DNA of 64,000 bases from Chiloscyllium plagiosum (Eukaryota): the NCBI RefSeq assembly GCF_004010195.1, contig NC_057718.1, forward strand, positions 60,134,137 to 60,198,136, given 5' to 3'. The position numbers and the translations under genes are program-made. This document shows positions 24,901 through 37,625 of this stretch, piece by piece. The notes beneath the pieces were generated by a model that worked only from the letters and a program-made list of their open reading frames with translations, was not told the origin of the DNA and did no database searches. How positions within the stretch are numbered: position 1 is the stretch's first letter; the number at the start of each line of letters is the position of its first letter.

Positions 24901-26409
24901 GTCACTCTGAAGAGACAAGTTCAAACAGAAAACATTACTTCCACATATTCCCATGAAGAATCCTTGGTAAACGTGACAGAGATCATGCCAAGCAAGATGA
25001 TCTTAAATAACAAAACTGAAAAAGGAAAACATTGGTAATAATGCAATAATTAATGAAAATTAGAGTTACACACTTCAGCACAGTTTTATTGGCAGATTGC
25101 AAATAGAAATCTGCTCACACAGATTGAAGATGAGGGTTATAGAACTCCAACGAAGGCACCACTGAGACGGGACAACCAATGTCCAAATATCCAGGATACT
25201 AGAAAGAAGGAAATGCATCTTTCAATAGGGCAGCCATCATAGGAAGGAAATCCAAGTGACTGTTCTTTTGGACCTTGCTCCGTCAAGAAAAGAATTAAAG
25301 TCAGCAGACCTCACTTAGACAACAATCAGATTTCAAAGTCCAAATGCAACATGTTCTGAATAAATAGTGAAATTTCCACAATACTTGGACTTGTGAAATC
25401 AGAGAATTTTGGTGAGAAGTGATATATATTATAATGTACACAGATGCAACATGTGAATTAAAGAAAAAATGCTTAGGAGGAGATATTATATATGGGTATA
25501 ATTGGCTGGAATAGTTAATACTGAGAAATGCCTTAAACACCAAACATTATAATGATTGTAATTATATACAAAACAATTTAGAATCTCAAACCAGTCAGAC
25601 CCAACATCCAGGTCCATCTCAGAGTCTACATTCTGTCAATGTAACCTATAACTAATCTCGAACTACTTCTTGCTCAATACAAGTGCCTGTTCTAGTAAGA
25701 CTGATAAGTGATTTTTCTCTACTAAATTAGACCAAGAAGGCATGTAAAGCCCTTCACCTAAAGAGGACGATGGTAGCAAAAGTATCATATAGTGAGATTC
25801 AGACCTGGCTTGACTTTACATATAAGAAAGTCCACAACTGAGTCGCCTCCCTCATGTTTTGAGGCAGACCATTCCATATCTCAACTATTGAATGCATTTC
25901 ATGTTGTCATTGCTCCTTTTATCAATCAACTTGAAATTTGTTCTCAACCCTTCCAGCAATTAGAGCACTTTCTTCCTGCCATCCTATCCAAGTCCATGAT
26001 TTTGAATAAGTCAAACCTCTTTTCCCTGAGGAAAGCACCTCTAGTTTCTCTAATCTATAAATGTAACTAGGTTCCTCATACCCTCCTCCCTTTACTAAAG
26101 TAAGGTATCCAGAAATGGGCAAAACACTCCTGCTGAGCCCAAATTTGTGGCTCCAGCATGTACACTGTGACACTCTACTAGTTACAGTTGATTTCCCTGA
26201 AATGAACATGTTGCAACCCCAAGTGCCTCAGTGGATTGTTCACATCCTCCTCCGCTAGATATATATGTTCCTTTTCATCTCTGAGAGAAACAAGGCTAGT
26301 CAGGCACCACAGCATCTTTCCCTCTGAATCAAAGCACCCAGCAATGACTTTTGGAGAGGTAGTATGGATGGGAGTGGTTGGAAGGTTTAAATAGAATTTT
26401 TAAAATCTA

Positions 26410-27210
26410 ACTTACAGAGTTTTTGATGAGATCAGACACAGGGCTGATCAGAGCAATGTTTCTGATGTAGAGTACATGAACTTTTGAAAGGCAATTAATT
26501 CCATGCCACTCAACACACTTATAAGCAGTTAGAACTTATGGAATAAAAGGGATTCAAGCAACTTGGATACAAAACTGGGTGAATGGTGGAAAACAAGACT
26601 GATGGTTAATGAATATTTTTCAGGCTGGTGGAAGATTTATAATGGAGTTCCCCATAGTTTTATGTTAGAACGCTTGCTTTTCCTGATATTAGTTAATGAT
26701 TTAGACCTTGGGTAGAGGACACAATTTCTCAAAGCTTTGATAATTCAAACTTTGTAAGAATTGTAAACTTTAAAAGGACATAGACAGGCTGATAGATTTT
26801 GCAGATAGGTGGCAATTGAGGTTCAATATAAAGAAGTGTGTGGTGATTTATTTTGAAAAAAAAACCATTAAGAGATAATATAAAATTTAAAAAAAAACTT
26901 TAAAGATGGTGGAGGAGCAGAGGGAGCTGTATGTACAAATGCATAAATGTTCAAAAATGAGACAGGTTGTGAGAGGCATTAATAAAGCTTACGGTCCTAG
27001 GCTTTATTATTAGGGATGTAGAGTACAACAAGAGAGATGTTAGGTTGAACTTATATAAATCACCAGTTTGGCCTCAGCTGGGATATTGTGCCCTATTCTG
27101 GCTCCCAAACTTTAGGAAGAATGTGAAGACTTATAGGTGTAGAGTGTCGAAGTACAATAAAAGGTTTATGTGAATGGTTCGAGGAATGAAGATTTTCAGT
27201 TATAATTTTA
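26410..27210 (+). mobile_element. Old CR1 RT fragment
   Basis: gatgtagagtacatgaacttttgaaaggca (DvvYmDFxKA), ggagttccccatag (GVPQG-like), ggcctcagctgggatattgtg. Confidence 0.75.
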
Positions 27211-27254
27211 AAACATCTTCCTGAATTATTGGCTAATTTTCTTTTTTTTCTATT

Positions 27255-27590
27255 CACTCGTGGCATGTTTCCATCGCTGTCAGGCCGGCATTTGTTGCTA
27301 AGTGGGCAGTTACAAGTCAGCAACTTTGCTGTGGGTCTGGAGTCACGTGTCTGCCAGACCAGGTAAGAGTGGAAGATTTCCATTCCTAAAGAACAGTAGT
27401 AAACCAAATGTTTTGTTTTTAATAATCACCTGCGGTTGCACAGTCCAATTCACATTTGCTTTTTTTATCTCTCTAGAATTTTTATGAAATCATATTCAAT
27501 ATCTGCCAAAGTTGAATTCAAACCCAAGTCCTCAGGACATTAGCTCAGAGGTCTGCATTACTAGTCCAGTGACATTACCACTGTGTCACA
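27255..27590 (-). mobile_element. tRNA-derived SINE (non-HE1), diverged
   Basis: Reverse tRNA-like head attcaaacccaagtcc...tagtccagtgacattaccactgtgtcac; body ctgtgggtctggagtcacgtgtctgccagaccaggtaag. Confidence 0.6.
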
Positions 27591-30432
27591 AGGTCCCCCT
27601 CTTCCTTGGTTTTCAGTTTTAGTAAACTAAATATTAACCTTAAAATCTTCTAAAATGTGTCCATTAGTGCCTTTGTATTGAGAAAACAGGCTTAATTTGA
27701 AGAGGCACTGGAAAGGACTGTGAACACAGACAATTGGCAAAAAACCTGCTATACTCATTAAGCTGATGTGTGATGTGTTTTGTGGCTAGGTCAGCTTAAT
27801 GGTTTTAAAACATTGTTAAATATTATGCAAAATTACATACTCGATAAAACTTATATTTAAAACTCCCTGTTCTTTTACACTTGTTTGGCAGATTTTAGGT
27901 GAATTCTTCTTTGAAAAACAGCACAACCTCGTAGAAACTCTAGGACAGGATATGTATTTCTCTCTTCTGTTGAGGTATGTTGACTACAAATGTTAGCTAC
28001 TAGTTTGATATTTCCAGAGCTTCAGTAGATTAAATTTTAAGCCAATGAGGGGTTAAGTATATGGTACTGTGTCAGCAGTGCACATTACTGAAACCAAAGC
28101 CGGAAAGATTTTGTGATGCTATATGTGGGAATGTAAAACCATACAGTGACACCCCTCTATTTGCATAATTGGCTTTGAAGAACAGAATTCTAAGAGACCA
28201 AATCATTTCCTATTCATTAATACATAACCCTTAATTATCATGTTTTTTCCAGATTTCAATTCCACAACTAACCTGCACTCAATTTTCCTGAATGCAACTT
28301 GTAGGTATATTTTAACATGTTCACACCTTACTCAAGACTATTTATAACATAAACAATAGGTTTTTGATTGCATTATCATGTGAACAGAATGTTATTTAGC
28401 CCCTTAATTACAATACTTAAGACTATGAATATCATCCATTAGTGCAATAAACTAGTTGAAAAAATTACCTTTGACCTATTTGCCATAATTCTCTGATGGC
28501 TTTTATAACCAATACTTTCATTTGCTATTCACTGCACTAGAGATGCATTGGAGCTGATACAGCAGACTTGAAAACAAACTATTATCATTTTACTTCTCTG
28601 ACATAGAAGAATTGTTTCGTTTTTATTATAATTGCAGGTTTGTTGATGACTTGGCTCTTATTATATTAGCTCATTCAATCATCTGAATTTTTGGGAAGTG
28701 ATGAGCGAATGTCGGAAGCCGTTCAGTATATTTTCGCATTTTTAATGGAATTCTGCAATGGAACATGTGGTTATTAGAATTTGGAGACAATTGGGAGAGG
28801 AGCAATCTAAGAATCTGTGAAAAGATCTGCAGACAGTTGAGTAAATGCAGCCCATTATAATTTCATGTCTTGGATTGCATTCAATATGCAGGCTAAGCAC
28901 AAGGTACAATCCTACTTCAGTTTTTAAAGATCTAATCTTTGAATGAAATTTGAAGGGATTGAATTTTGAAACAAGCAAAGGTAAAATGTGACAATGAATT
29001 CTTTACAGGCAAAGCCGTGTGACAGTTCAATAATGCGTCACTTGATGTGTTGCTGGGATTAGTGGTGTTACAATGTATTTTTATATTTGTTCAAATTTGC
29101 AGAGGAACTGAGTTGACAATTCTAGAACATGTTATCGTGTATGCTAGAAAGAAAATACTTCCAAATGAGGGGTTGAGCATGAAAGTAATAGTCATGAGCC
29201 ATGAATAAAATTAGACCACGAATGTACATTGAGATGATGCTGTTGGACCAATGTATCATGAGAAGTCTTGCTGAAGGAAGATCGGTCCTGGTCAAATTGG
29301 TTGAATCAGCCTGCTGTCAGCCTAATTTGACTAACTAAAGGCAATTGTGTGTTTTAAATTATTAATGATTTTGGGTTTTTAGCAATAAGGCCTGTTATAT
29401 TTGTGGTGAACTTTGTGATTCTCAGTCTCTTGGTCATTGAAAATTGGTAAGCATCAGTCAGAAGATGTAGTAGGTTGCTCAGAGGTAAAAGAGTAAATCT
29501 GGCGCTAAGATCATGAAGGATTTACTCAACAAAAATATACTGTAGTAGGGACAATCAAGGTGGTACAGATTTGCATCAAGAAGTAACCAGGAGTGAAAAC
29601 TCAGCAAAGAAACAATGGCATACATAATGAACTCACTCACAAAGTTGCAGTTAATGAAAATCATGGGCTTTATAGTTTACCTGTCCCGGTTCAGGAGAGA
29701 AGAATGCGGCAATTGGAGTCAGAAAAGGCAGAACTGCAATGGAAGGCCACTGATAGGGAAGCAATAATAAAGCACCTTACAGGGCAAGTAGGAGAGAGTG
29801 AAATGGAGTAACAATGAGAAACATCAGTGTACTTAATGTTTCAGATAGTGAAAGAACAAAATTATATCCATTTGTTAGAAGAATGCATATGTGCTGAGAA
29901 GAGAATAGAAAGGTCTGAGAGGGAAGTAGGTTATGTGAAAACGTTATTTAGGGTTTTGTGAAACAATTTACATGAGGGCATAAGATCGTCGCATTGTGAA
30001 GCCCAAATAGAGAAACTGAAACAACAACTGAACATGACAAGGGCGCGCTTACCTGATGGGGCCAGGAGCTGTGAGTGCCCGTGATATAATCAGAATTTTC
30101 CAAATTAAATGTCTAATTCAATGGCAAAACTAGTCCAGAATCTTTTTTAAAAATGGAAAGAAGTATGGAATTAAGAAAGAGAAAGAGAAAGGGATGAAAG
30201 AAAAAAGTTAAAAATTTAATTTTTCAAAACAACTCAAACATTAATTAAAATCTGAATGAATTAGTCTCTGCACTTTATAAAATTACATTTTCTGCGACAG
30301 GCAGGTCTTTTGGCAATAATTCAGACTTACTAGAGAGATAAAGTTCACTTATAATTGAATCAACAAGGCTGAATGTTTGCTGGTATGTTTAATGAATCTC
30401 TGTTATGTATGTATCTTAATTTGTCACCTTCT

Positions 30433-30700
30433 GAAGTACTCTGTGTGGACCTTGCACATTCTCCCTGTGTCTGCGTGGGTTTCTGCTCGTGCTCTGGTTT
30501 CCTCTCGCAGCTGAAAGATGGGTAGGTTGGGTGGATTTACCATGAAAAATTGCCTGTATGTCCAGGAATGTGAGGCTAAGTGGGTTAGCTATGGTAAATG
30601 TGGAGTTAATGGCTAGGGTAGGGGAGTGAGGTCTAGGAGGGATATTCTTTGGAGGGTCAGTGCAATTCAGTAGGCTGAATGGCGATTCTATGATTCTATG
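30433..30700 (+). mobile_element. HE1 SINE, 5'-truncated
   Basis: ctgtgtggaccttgcacattctccctgtgtctgcgtgggttt core; tail attctatgattctatg. Confidence 0.8.
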
Positions 30701-31577
30701 TTGAAGCCAAGTGTCTTCATGAGATAGCAGCATAAGAAATCTTCTGGTAGAGTGAAGAAACTCAGATTCACACTCACATGAGGGAAGAGGTCACTGGAAA
30801 TCCCAATTTTTACCTTAATAATGCTGAAATCTGGAGAATACCAATCACTATCTTTATTATTTATGGTTGTGAGAATTTGAATTCTGCTTTAAATCTGTGA
30901 TGTGCAAATGATTATCTTAATGAAATTAATATAAATTTAGGTCTTCCTTGAATTATGAATGCCCCAGGATATAATTTTATTTTTTCCTGAATTAAAATCA
31001 ATATCAAGCCTATTTAAAATGGGGGTCATGATGATGCCTCACTATATAATGAAAAATGAAATGAATTTGCAGAATATATGCCCTTAACATTCAGTGCCTA
31101 TAGTGTTGATTGTACTGTTGCAGTTAATTTGCTGGTCTAAAAGCTTTATATTGCAAGTACTACTGTCTATAATCCTCTTCCAGCTAATAATTTTTAATGT
31201 TGGCATCTCATTTTCAGAAGATACTATAAACTCAATGCACTCCAAATTCATTGCAAACATCCTAAATAAAACTCTCAAAATGCCTTGTTTTAATGCTAAC
31301 TAAGCAGCTGTTTAGTTTTTACAATTTTCAGTTTGTATGATTTGACAAGTTGTAATGTTTGATACGATTACAAAGAAGAATTGTTATGATAGTTCAAAGT
31401 TCTGAATAGCTATTCTGGGTAATTGTATAATGGTTGTTTTTAACTGCTTTGAGTGGCAGATTGATATGATTCTCTTGATGACCATATTGCCCTCGAAACA
31501 CATTTATTTGAAAGAAGAAGCATGTTTGTAGACTGTAAAGCTCCTTAGTATTCACAAAACCCTTCTCGTGATCAGAA

Positions 31578-31790
31578 TATAAGAACAAAAGTGGGCCTCT
31601 CAGCCTGTGCAGTCTGTTGTTCCATTCAATTGTTTCATGACTGACATGTACCTCAACTTCACACATTCAATTTTGCTCAATATGTCTTCAGACCTCACCA
31701 AAGAAAAGCTAATGATTTAATACTTGAGATTTTCTGTGACCCCATAGTTACAGCCTTTTGGAGGAGAAAAGTATAGGTTTCCCCTGCTCT
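31578..31790 (-). mobile_element. Old CR1 3' end
   Basis: ataagaacaaaagtgggcctctcagcctg...ccattcaat...tcatgactgac pattern. Confidence 0.55.
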
Positions 31791-32629
31791 TTTCATTGTA
31801 CCATTCATACCAATGACTTTCACTATCCTATTCTAATACTTAAGGAACAATGCATAATTGTTGTTGATATTTTTGCATTGAATTTTGGATAGAGTAGGCC
31901 AGACTCAGATGATAGGTCTGTACATAATATATGACCCAAGTTAGTAAATAAACAATAAACACCCTGACCAGAATGTCTTCTGATTAAGAAGTACAATAAG
32001 TATGCGCTACTGACCAACAAAGAATATATGATGATGATGACCTGTGCTGATATAAGCTATTTCCATCCAATTCTCGAAAATAATGAAGAGGAAAGCAGTG
32101 TTTTGGTGGTGATTTCTTTATTTTATCACAGTGAACATAATGAAGATGACAAAGGCTAAATTCACAATGTGTCCATTTGATATTTACTCAAATGTCTGAG
32201 TCAGAATTCCAATAGAAAGAAAAGTATCTAATGCTCAATAGCACTTTTGAAACATTGGGAATATTTGAATTTTCAACAAGAGGTATATGAATGAATTGAT
32301 TTTAAAAAGATTCAAAACAAAAGATTTCATATTTTACATTTATTACTCTACTATTTAGATTTTGTTAAACATCAGTATTAGTTTATCATGTCTACTGTTA
32401 CCTGTCTGTGTGTAACTGGATAAGCTCACGGTCATCAGAGATACACTGTCGTATACTTTCCAGTCCAGAATGCTCAGGACTAATTTTTATCTAAACTTTG
32501 GAATTCCCAGGATTATAGAATGATGTTAGAATTCATAACTACAGGTACCTAAAGCAAAATTTACTCCAGGCATAAATACCTATGAACTTACAAATAATAT
32601 TCTGATGACAAAAGAATCATCTCAGCAAT

Positions 32630-34004
32630 GACTATGGACAGGAATCACTAAACAGACTACCCAATCTTTTTCTCCATCCATAACACCCACTTTATTTTTG
32701 TCTGTTTGTGTGTGCAAAGAGTGAGTTTTATAAATAGATTGGAGTTTTAACTAATAGAATTATATATCAATAGTCTATCTGCAGTTACAAACAATATTGG
32801 AATGTAGTGTGCATATTCCATCCATGTGGTAAATTGGAGAATTCTGCATACTTTACAGCTCCAGGAAAAGCGGAGGCTTGCTTATCAATATGCTACCCCA
32901 GTGAGGTGTAATAAAGATTGGGTGCTCATCCGGGATTGCTTTTGAAACAGAGGCATTGAGGATTTGGGTGTGCTGTTGGCAAGCCGCACAGGTGAAGGAA
33001 AACACAAGGTTCTGGGTGACATTTAAGATGCGACACTAGGAATGGCATATGACGTTCTACAGATGGCAGAGATCTGCCTGGATGCCTTCAGAGAATTTTC
33101 AAAACCCTTGTAGATTGTATTGGTGGGTAAACTAGAAGTAGCCCTGTCTGGCAGAGCTAACAAGGCAGAGAAAATTGAGGTACAAGTATCATACTGAGTA
33201 TAGAGAAATTACAAGAAAGGTCAGGTACTCTGGGTAGTGAAATATTGAAGTGAAGAGATATTCAGTTGCAGTCAACACAGCTTGTGCATGAGAAGAGAAT
33301 GAAGAAACTAGAGAAGGCAGAAAAGGTCAAACAAAGAGCAGAGAAATATCCATGTTTGTTACACCAAATTGGTTTACTAATGTTGCATGTTGCCATTTAG
33401 GTGAAAGAATGCTATATTCCAGAAGCTTATGAATCAAGTCATAGTTCAGGTTTGTAATGGTGTAGCTTATTAAGGTGATGTTGTGCAATGCAGTAATACA
33501 TGGAGACAGCATGTGAAACAAGTCAAAGTCTTGTTTGAGTATTACTGTTGATTGGTTTTGTCATAAATTTAGCAAAAAATGAATTTGGAAAGATAAGAGT
33601 AACTTAACTCAGACATACTGTAGGACAATTGTTGCCAAGGACAGTTAGAGTGAAGGCTTGAATAGAATTCATTATTTCTAAAACTATTTCCTTACAGTTG
33701 ACTGGGACCACTAGCTTTCTAGTATTTCCCTCCACCAATAACACCTTTTTCTTGTGTTTGTTTGTGTGCAGAAAGGGAGGTTTATAAATAGATTAGATTT
33801 TTCACCAGTAGGTTCAGAATTGTTTATCTTTTTTTGTAATAAATATTAATTCTTGTACCATAAGGACACCTGGCTATGCTTTCTGTCTTCCTGGGTCTGA
33901 AAGATAAATAAATTAGGAAATTCTGTGCACTTTTTGGACCAGTTGTGATGACGCCAGGAACAGTGGTCCTTGGTTGTAAGTACACTACACCAGCGATCTT
34001 GACA
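32630..34004 (+). mobile_element. Internally deleted LTR retrotransposon (Gypsy-like) with two LTR remnants (~32630-32913 and ~33700-34004)
   Basis: Both LTRs share ctcca..cataacacc...tgtttgtgtg.gcag/aaag.gag.ttttataaatagatt.ga.tttt. A PBS follows the first LTR. RT-like fragment SNTWRQH...VINLAKNEFGKIRVT*LRHTVGQ at ~33490-33630. Confidence 0.7.
32919..32936 (+). promoter_or_regulatory. tRNA-Pro primer-binding site
   Basis: TGGGTGCTCATCCGGGAT vs canonical PBS-Pro TGGGGGCTCGTCCGGGAT (16/18), 5 nt downstream of the LTR end. Confidence 0.8.
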
Positions 34005-35116
34005 ATAAGGTTGTGGCTGATCAGATTACTCTACATTCCTTATCTTTTATTTTTTTTTCATTTGCATTTCAAGAATCTATTAACCTATGTTTTAAAAATA
34101 TCCAAACACTCTGCATTGCCTTTTGAAGTAAGTTCCAAAGTCTCATGACCCATTGTGACAAAAATAAATCCCCTTATCTCAGTGATCCCCTAATTTTAAG
34201 CAGTGACATCTCATTCTATGATGTCCATCCTGTTAGTTTTCCTGATAACATGTCCTGCCTGTCTTCTAATCTTCTGTAATTCTTTCATTAGGACCAGACA
34301 ATTAGCTGAACCATTACACAAAATGATAAATCAATAATAAAAATTGTTTTACTTGCCCAATACATATTTTCTATAGTTTTTGAGCTAAGTAACTCCTAAA
34401 ATAATGCCAATGACATTTGAATGTTGACTCAAACATTTCTGGATGGTTGGTGTTTCTGAAGAATAGATTTTTAGACTGGAGAGTTTACCACACATATACC
34501 ATTACAAGAGTATTAGAAAATTCAGCCTCTCTGCTAAACACCGAAATAGTCACAAATGGTGAACAAACCCACTGCCAAGCTACAGTAAAATTTGAACATA
34601 ATTCCACCTCCTAGATTATCAGACATTTGGATCCAAAGATAATAATATTTAGATTCACAGACTATATTGAAATTTGACAGATTTGATTGCCCACCTATTG
34701 CAGGATCTGTCAAATTTTCCTCACACTAAGTTCAAGAAAATATTTAGCAATTTCTAATTTAACCACTTTGCCACATTATTATGGACCAGGGCGCTGAAGG
34801 TGAAAATTTTCACTCAGATATTCCATTACATTAACAATGAACTTCACCCTGTAACTTCAAATGAAGCTATTAGGATGTGTGTGTATTGGTGGTACATGCT
34901 GCCAAAATAAGAATGCAGACTGCCAGAAGACCCCAGTCAATTTTCCAACAACTTCAGAAATCATTTAAATGGGCATATCTCCTAACAGCATCTTCCTAGC
35001 AAATGTTCCTCAAAGCTCAACAGCTAAGTCATGCAAAATGCTCAGCCTCAGGAATATGAAAACTGCCTGCATCTATTTCACTGTTAGAGCACTGTGGAAG
35101 TTGGATTATAAATACT

Positions 35117-35215
35117 GATTTATCCTGATGAAGGGCTTTTGCCCGAAACGTCGATTTTCCTGCTCCTCGGATGCTGCCTGATCTGCTGTGCTTTTCCAGC
35201 ACCACTCTAGTCTTG
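35117..35215 (+). mobile_element. Family B short element with an intact minimal hammerhead (35122-35155)
   Basis: ATC-CTGATGA-A-GGGC-tttt-GCCC-GAAA-CG-TC-GAT; 9-bp TSD ataaatact 35108-35116 / 35216-35224. Confidence 0.85.
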
Positions 35216-35624
35216 ATAAATACTAAAGTCCATTTTAAGCCTTCTGAAGAACATTATTTTCTAGCTATCACCTGCCACACATAGATTTCTATCACATTGT
35301 TAAGTTGATTTCTAAATATATACTGTTAATTATATTTTTCAAAATAGTAAGTACCTCTGAACTCATATGGATTGAAATCATGCTGGATAATACTCATTAT
35401 GAACATTGAACAAAACAAAATAGGGTAAAGATCCTAAGCCAGCTTTTAGTGCAGGAATTTAATGTATCTTAAATAGTAGCACAGTATTAAATATATTAGA
35501 AAATCAGAATGTACTTTGGCTGTAGTAGTCCATGGTGTTCCACAACATTCTTATCATTTATTGCCAATGCATGAGATTGCCTACATTTTGTTTACAGAGT
35601 TTGGAACTTATTAGATTTCATTCT

Positions 35625-35875
35625 TTCAATGGTTCGCAAAGCTGCCTCAGAAAGCCAGGGCCCTAGATCCAATTCCATGCTTGGGTGACTGTCTGTGGAG
35701 TTTGCATGTTTTCCCTGTCTCTGTGTGGGTTCTCTCTACATGCTTCAGTTTCCTCCCACAGTCCAAAGGTGTGTAGGTTAAGGTGCAGTGGCCATGGGAA
35801 ATACAGGGTTGTGGGGGTGGGGTGCTGGGCAGAGGGTTAGTGTGAACAGTGCTTCTACACTGTAGGGATTCTCTG
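35625..35875 (+). mobile_element. HE1 SINE, diverged
   Basis: gctgcctcag...ttgggtgactgtctgtggagtttgcatg...tttcctcccacagtccaaag...cacactgtagggattct. Confidence 0.8.
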
Positions 35876-36529
35876 ATTTACAAATCCACACTGCCAGCTT
35901 TGTGCTCCCACCTCCACCTTGACCTTCCAAACCTCCAGTCACCCTCATAATTCAGCATCATACAATTACGCTCCTACAATTTGCAGCTTTACCTCTCTGC
36001 CATTCAACTCTTTATTAGATTGATTTATTTCAGCAACTTTGTTTCATGAACTCCATCACAGATGCCTTTGATCAACTTGAAAACCAACTCCTGACTGCCT
36101 GACCTGTTTTTCTTGCCTTTCCTTTTTGTGAGGCATTGTGGTCATGGGATACAGAGTTTGAATCTTGGAGCTGGCTGAGCGAGGATGTAAGTGAAAAATA
36201 TTCTATATGTTCTGAGACTGTGCCCCTGCATTTTAGATTTCCTGATCAACAAAAGCAATCTCTGAGTACTAATGTCAGGTCCCTCCACAATCTCAATAAT
36301 AGCATCTCTCTTTCTTCTAGACACCAGAGAATATAAGCCCAATTTACTCAGCTTCTCTTCACAGGAAAACCCACTAATGCTAGGAGCCAGTTTCATGAAA
36401 TTTTGCTTGACTGCTTCCAACGTAAGTATATCTTTTCTTCAAAATGACACACAGATTTCAGGCGCAATGTCAGCAAAACCCCAAACAATTTGTGCAAAAT
36501 TTCTTAATTTTTAACTTAAATTTCAAACA

Positions 36530-37160
36530 GTACTTCTTGGAATTTAGAAGAATGAGTGGGAATCTTATCAAAATATATAAAATTATGAAGTGAATAGATA
36601 GGATAGAAGCAAGGAGGTTGTTTTCACTGGCGGGTGAAACTAGAACTAGAGGGCATAGCTTCAAAATAAGGGGAAGCCAATTTAGGACTGAGTTGAGGAG
36701 GAACTTCTTCACCCAAAGGGTTGTGAATCTGTGCAATTCCCTGCCCAATGAAACAGTTGAGGCTACCTCATTGAATGTTTTTAAGTCAAGCGTATGGTGC
36801 TGGAAAAGCACAGCAGGGCAGGGAGCATCTGAGGAGCAGGAGAATCGATGTTTCGAGCATAAGCCCTTCATCAGGAAAATGTCAATATTCCTGCTCCTCC
36901 GATGCTGCCTGAGCTTCTGTGTTTTTCCAGCACCACACTCTCAACTCTGATCTCCAGCATCTGCAGTCCTCACTTTCTGAAAATGATTTTAACGCAAAGA
37001 TAGATAAAGTTTTGAATGGTAACGGAATTAAGGGCTATCGTGTGTGGGTGTGTAAGTAGACTTGAGTCCACAAAACGATCAGCCATGATCTTATCGAATG
37101 GTGGAGCAGGCTCGATGGGCCAGATGGCCTACTCCTGCTTCTAGTTCTTATGTTCCTATG
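36530..37160 (+). mobile_element. CR1 3' end interrupted by a family B element
   Basis: ORF FSLAGETRTRGHSFKIRGSQFRTELRRNFFTQRVVNLCNSLP; tail ttcttatgttcctatg. Confidence 0.9.
36786..36980. mobile_element. Fold-back family B element, hammerhead on - (36844-36877)
   Basis: IR arms tggtgctggaaaagcacag... / ...ctgtgtttttccagcacca; minus-strand CTGATGA-A-GGGC-ttat-GCTC-GAAA-CA-TC-GAT; degenerate TSD aatgtttttaag / aatgattttaac. Confidence 0.8.
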
Positions 37161-37625
37161 CATTCCAATTCCCTTCCATAAGGATGAACATGCCATTTAC
37201 CTTAATAATTACTTACTGTCAAGTCATAGGGTCATAGAGACACCTGTACATAATTTTCTGTTCCTTATAAAAACACATCTAAGTGTCTTTAAATATCAAT
37301 ACTTACATGTTTCAAGCCTTTAGGAGATATTTTGCATTTCTATTCCGAGAAGGTAATAACTTTACGTTGACCTACACTATATTTTATCTGCCATGTTGTC
37401 ACCCATTCACTTAATCTATCTATAACTCTTTGAAACTTTTTTATATCCACCCCACAATTAAACATTCCAACTAGCTTTGTATCATCAGCCAACGTAGATT
37501 CTCCATCTGTTTCTGATCATGAGTCAATCCTCTGCCCTTGCTAACACATTACTGCCAAATCCATGAACCCCGATGTTGCCTATTAACCTTATTGAACACC
37601 TTTGGAAAATCCAGATATACTACAT

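Noticed and set aside
27960..28686. Spliced LLLRFVDDL resembling TERT motif C (LLLRLVDDFLL)
   Set aside because: No upstream QG motif B', a stop follows within about 10 codons, and the splice is hypothetical; probably coincidence.
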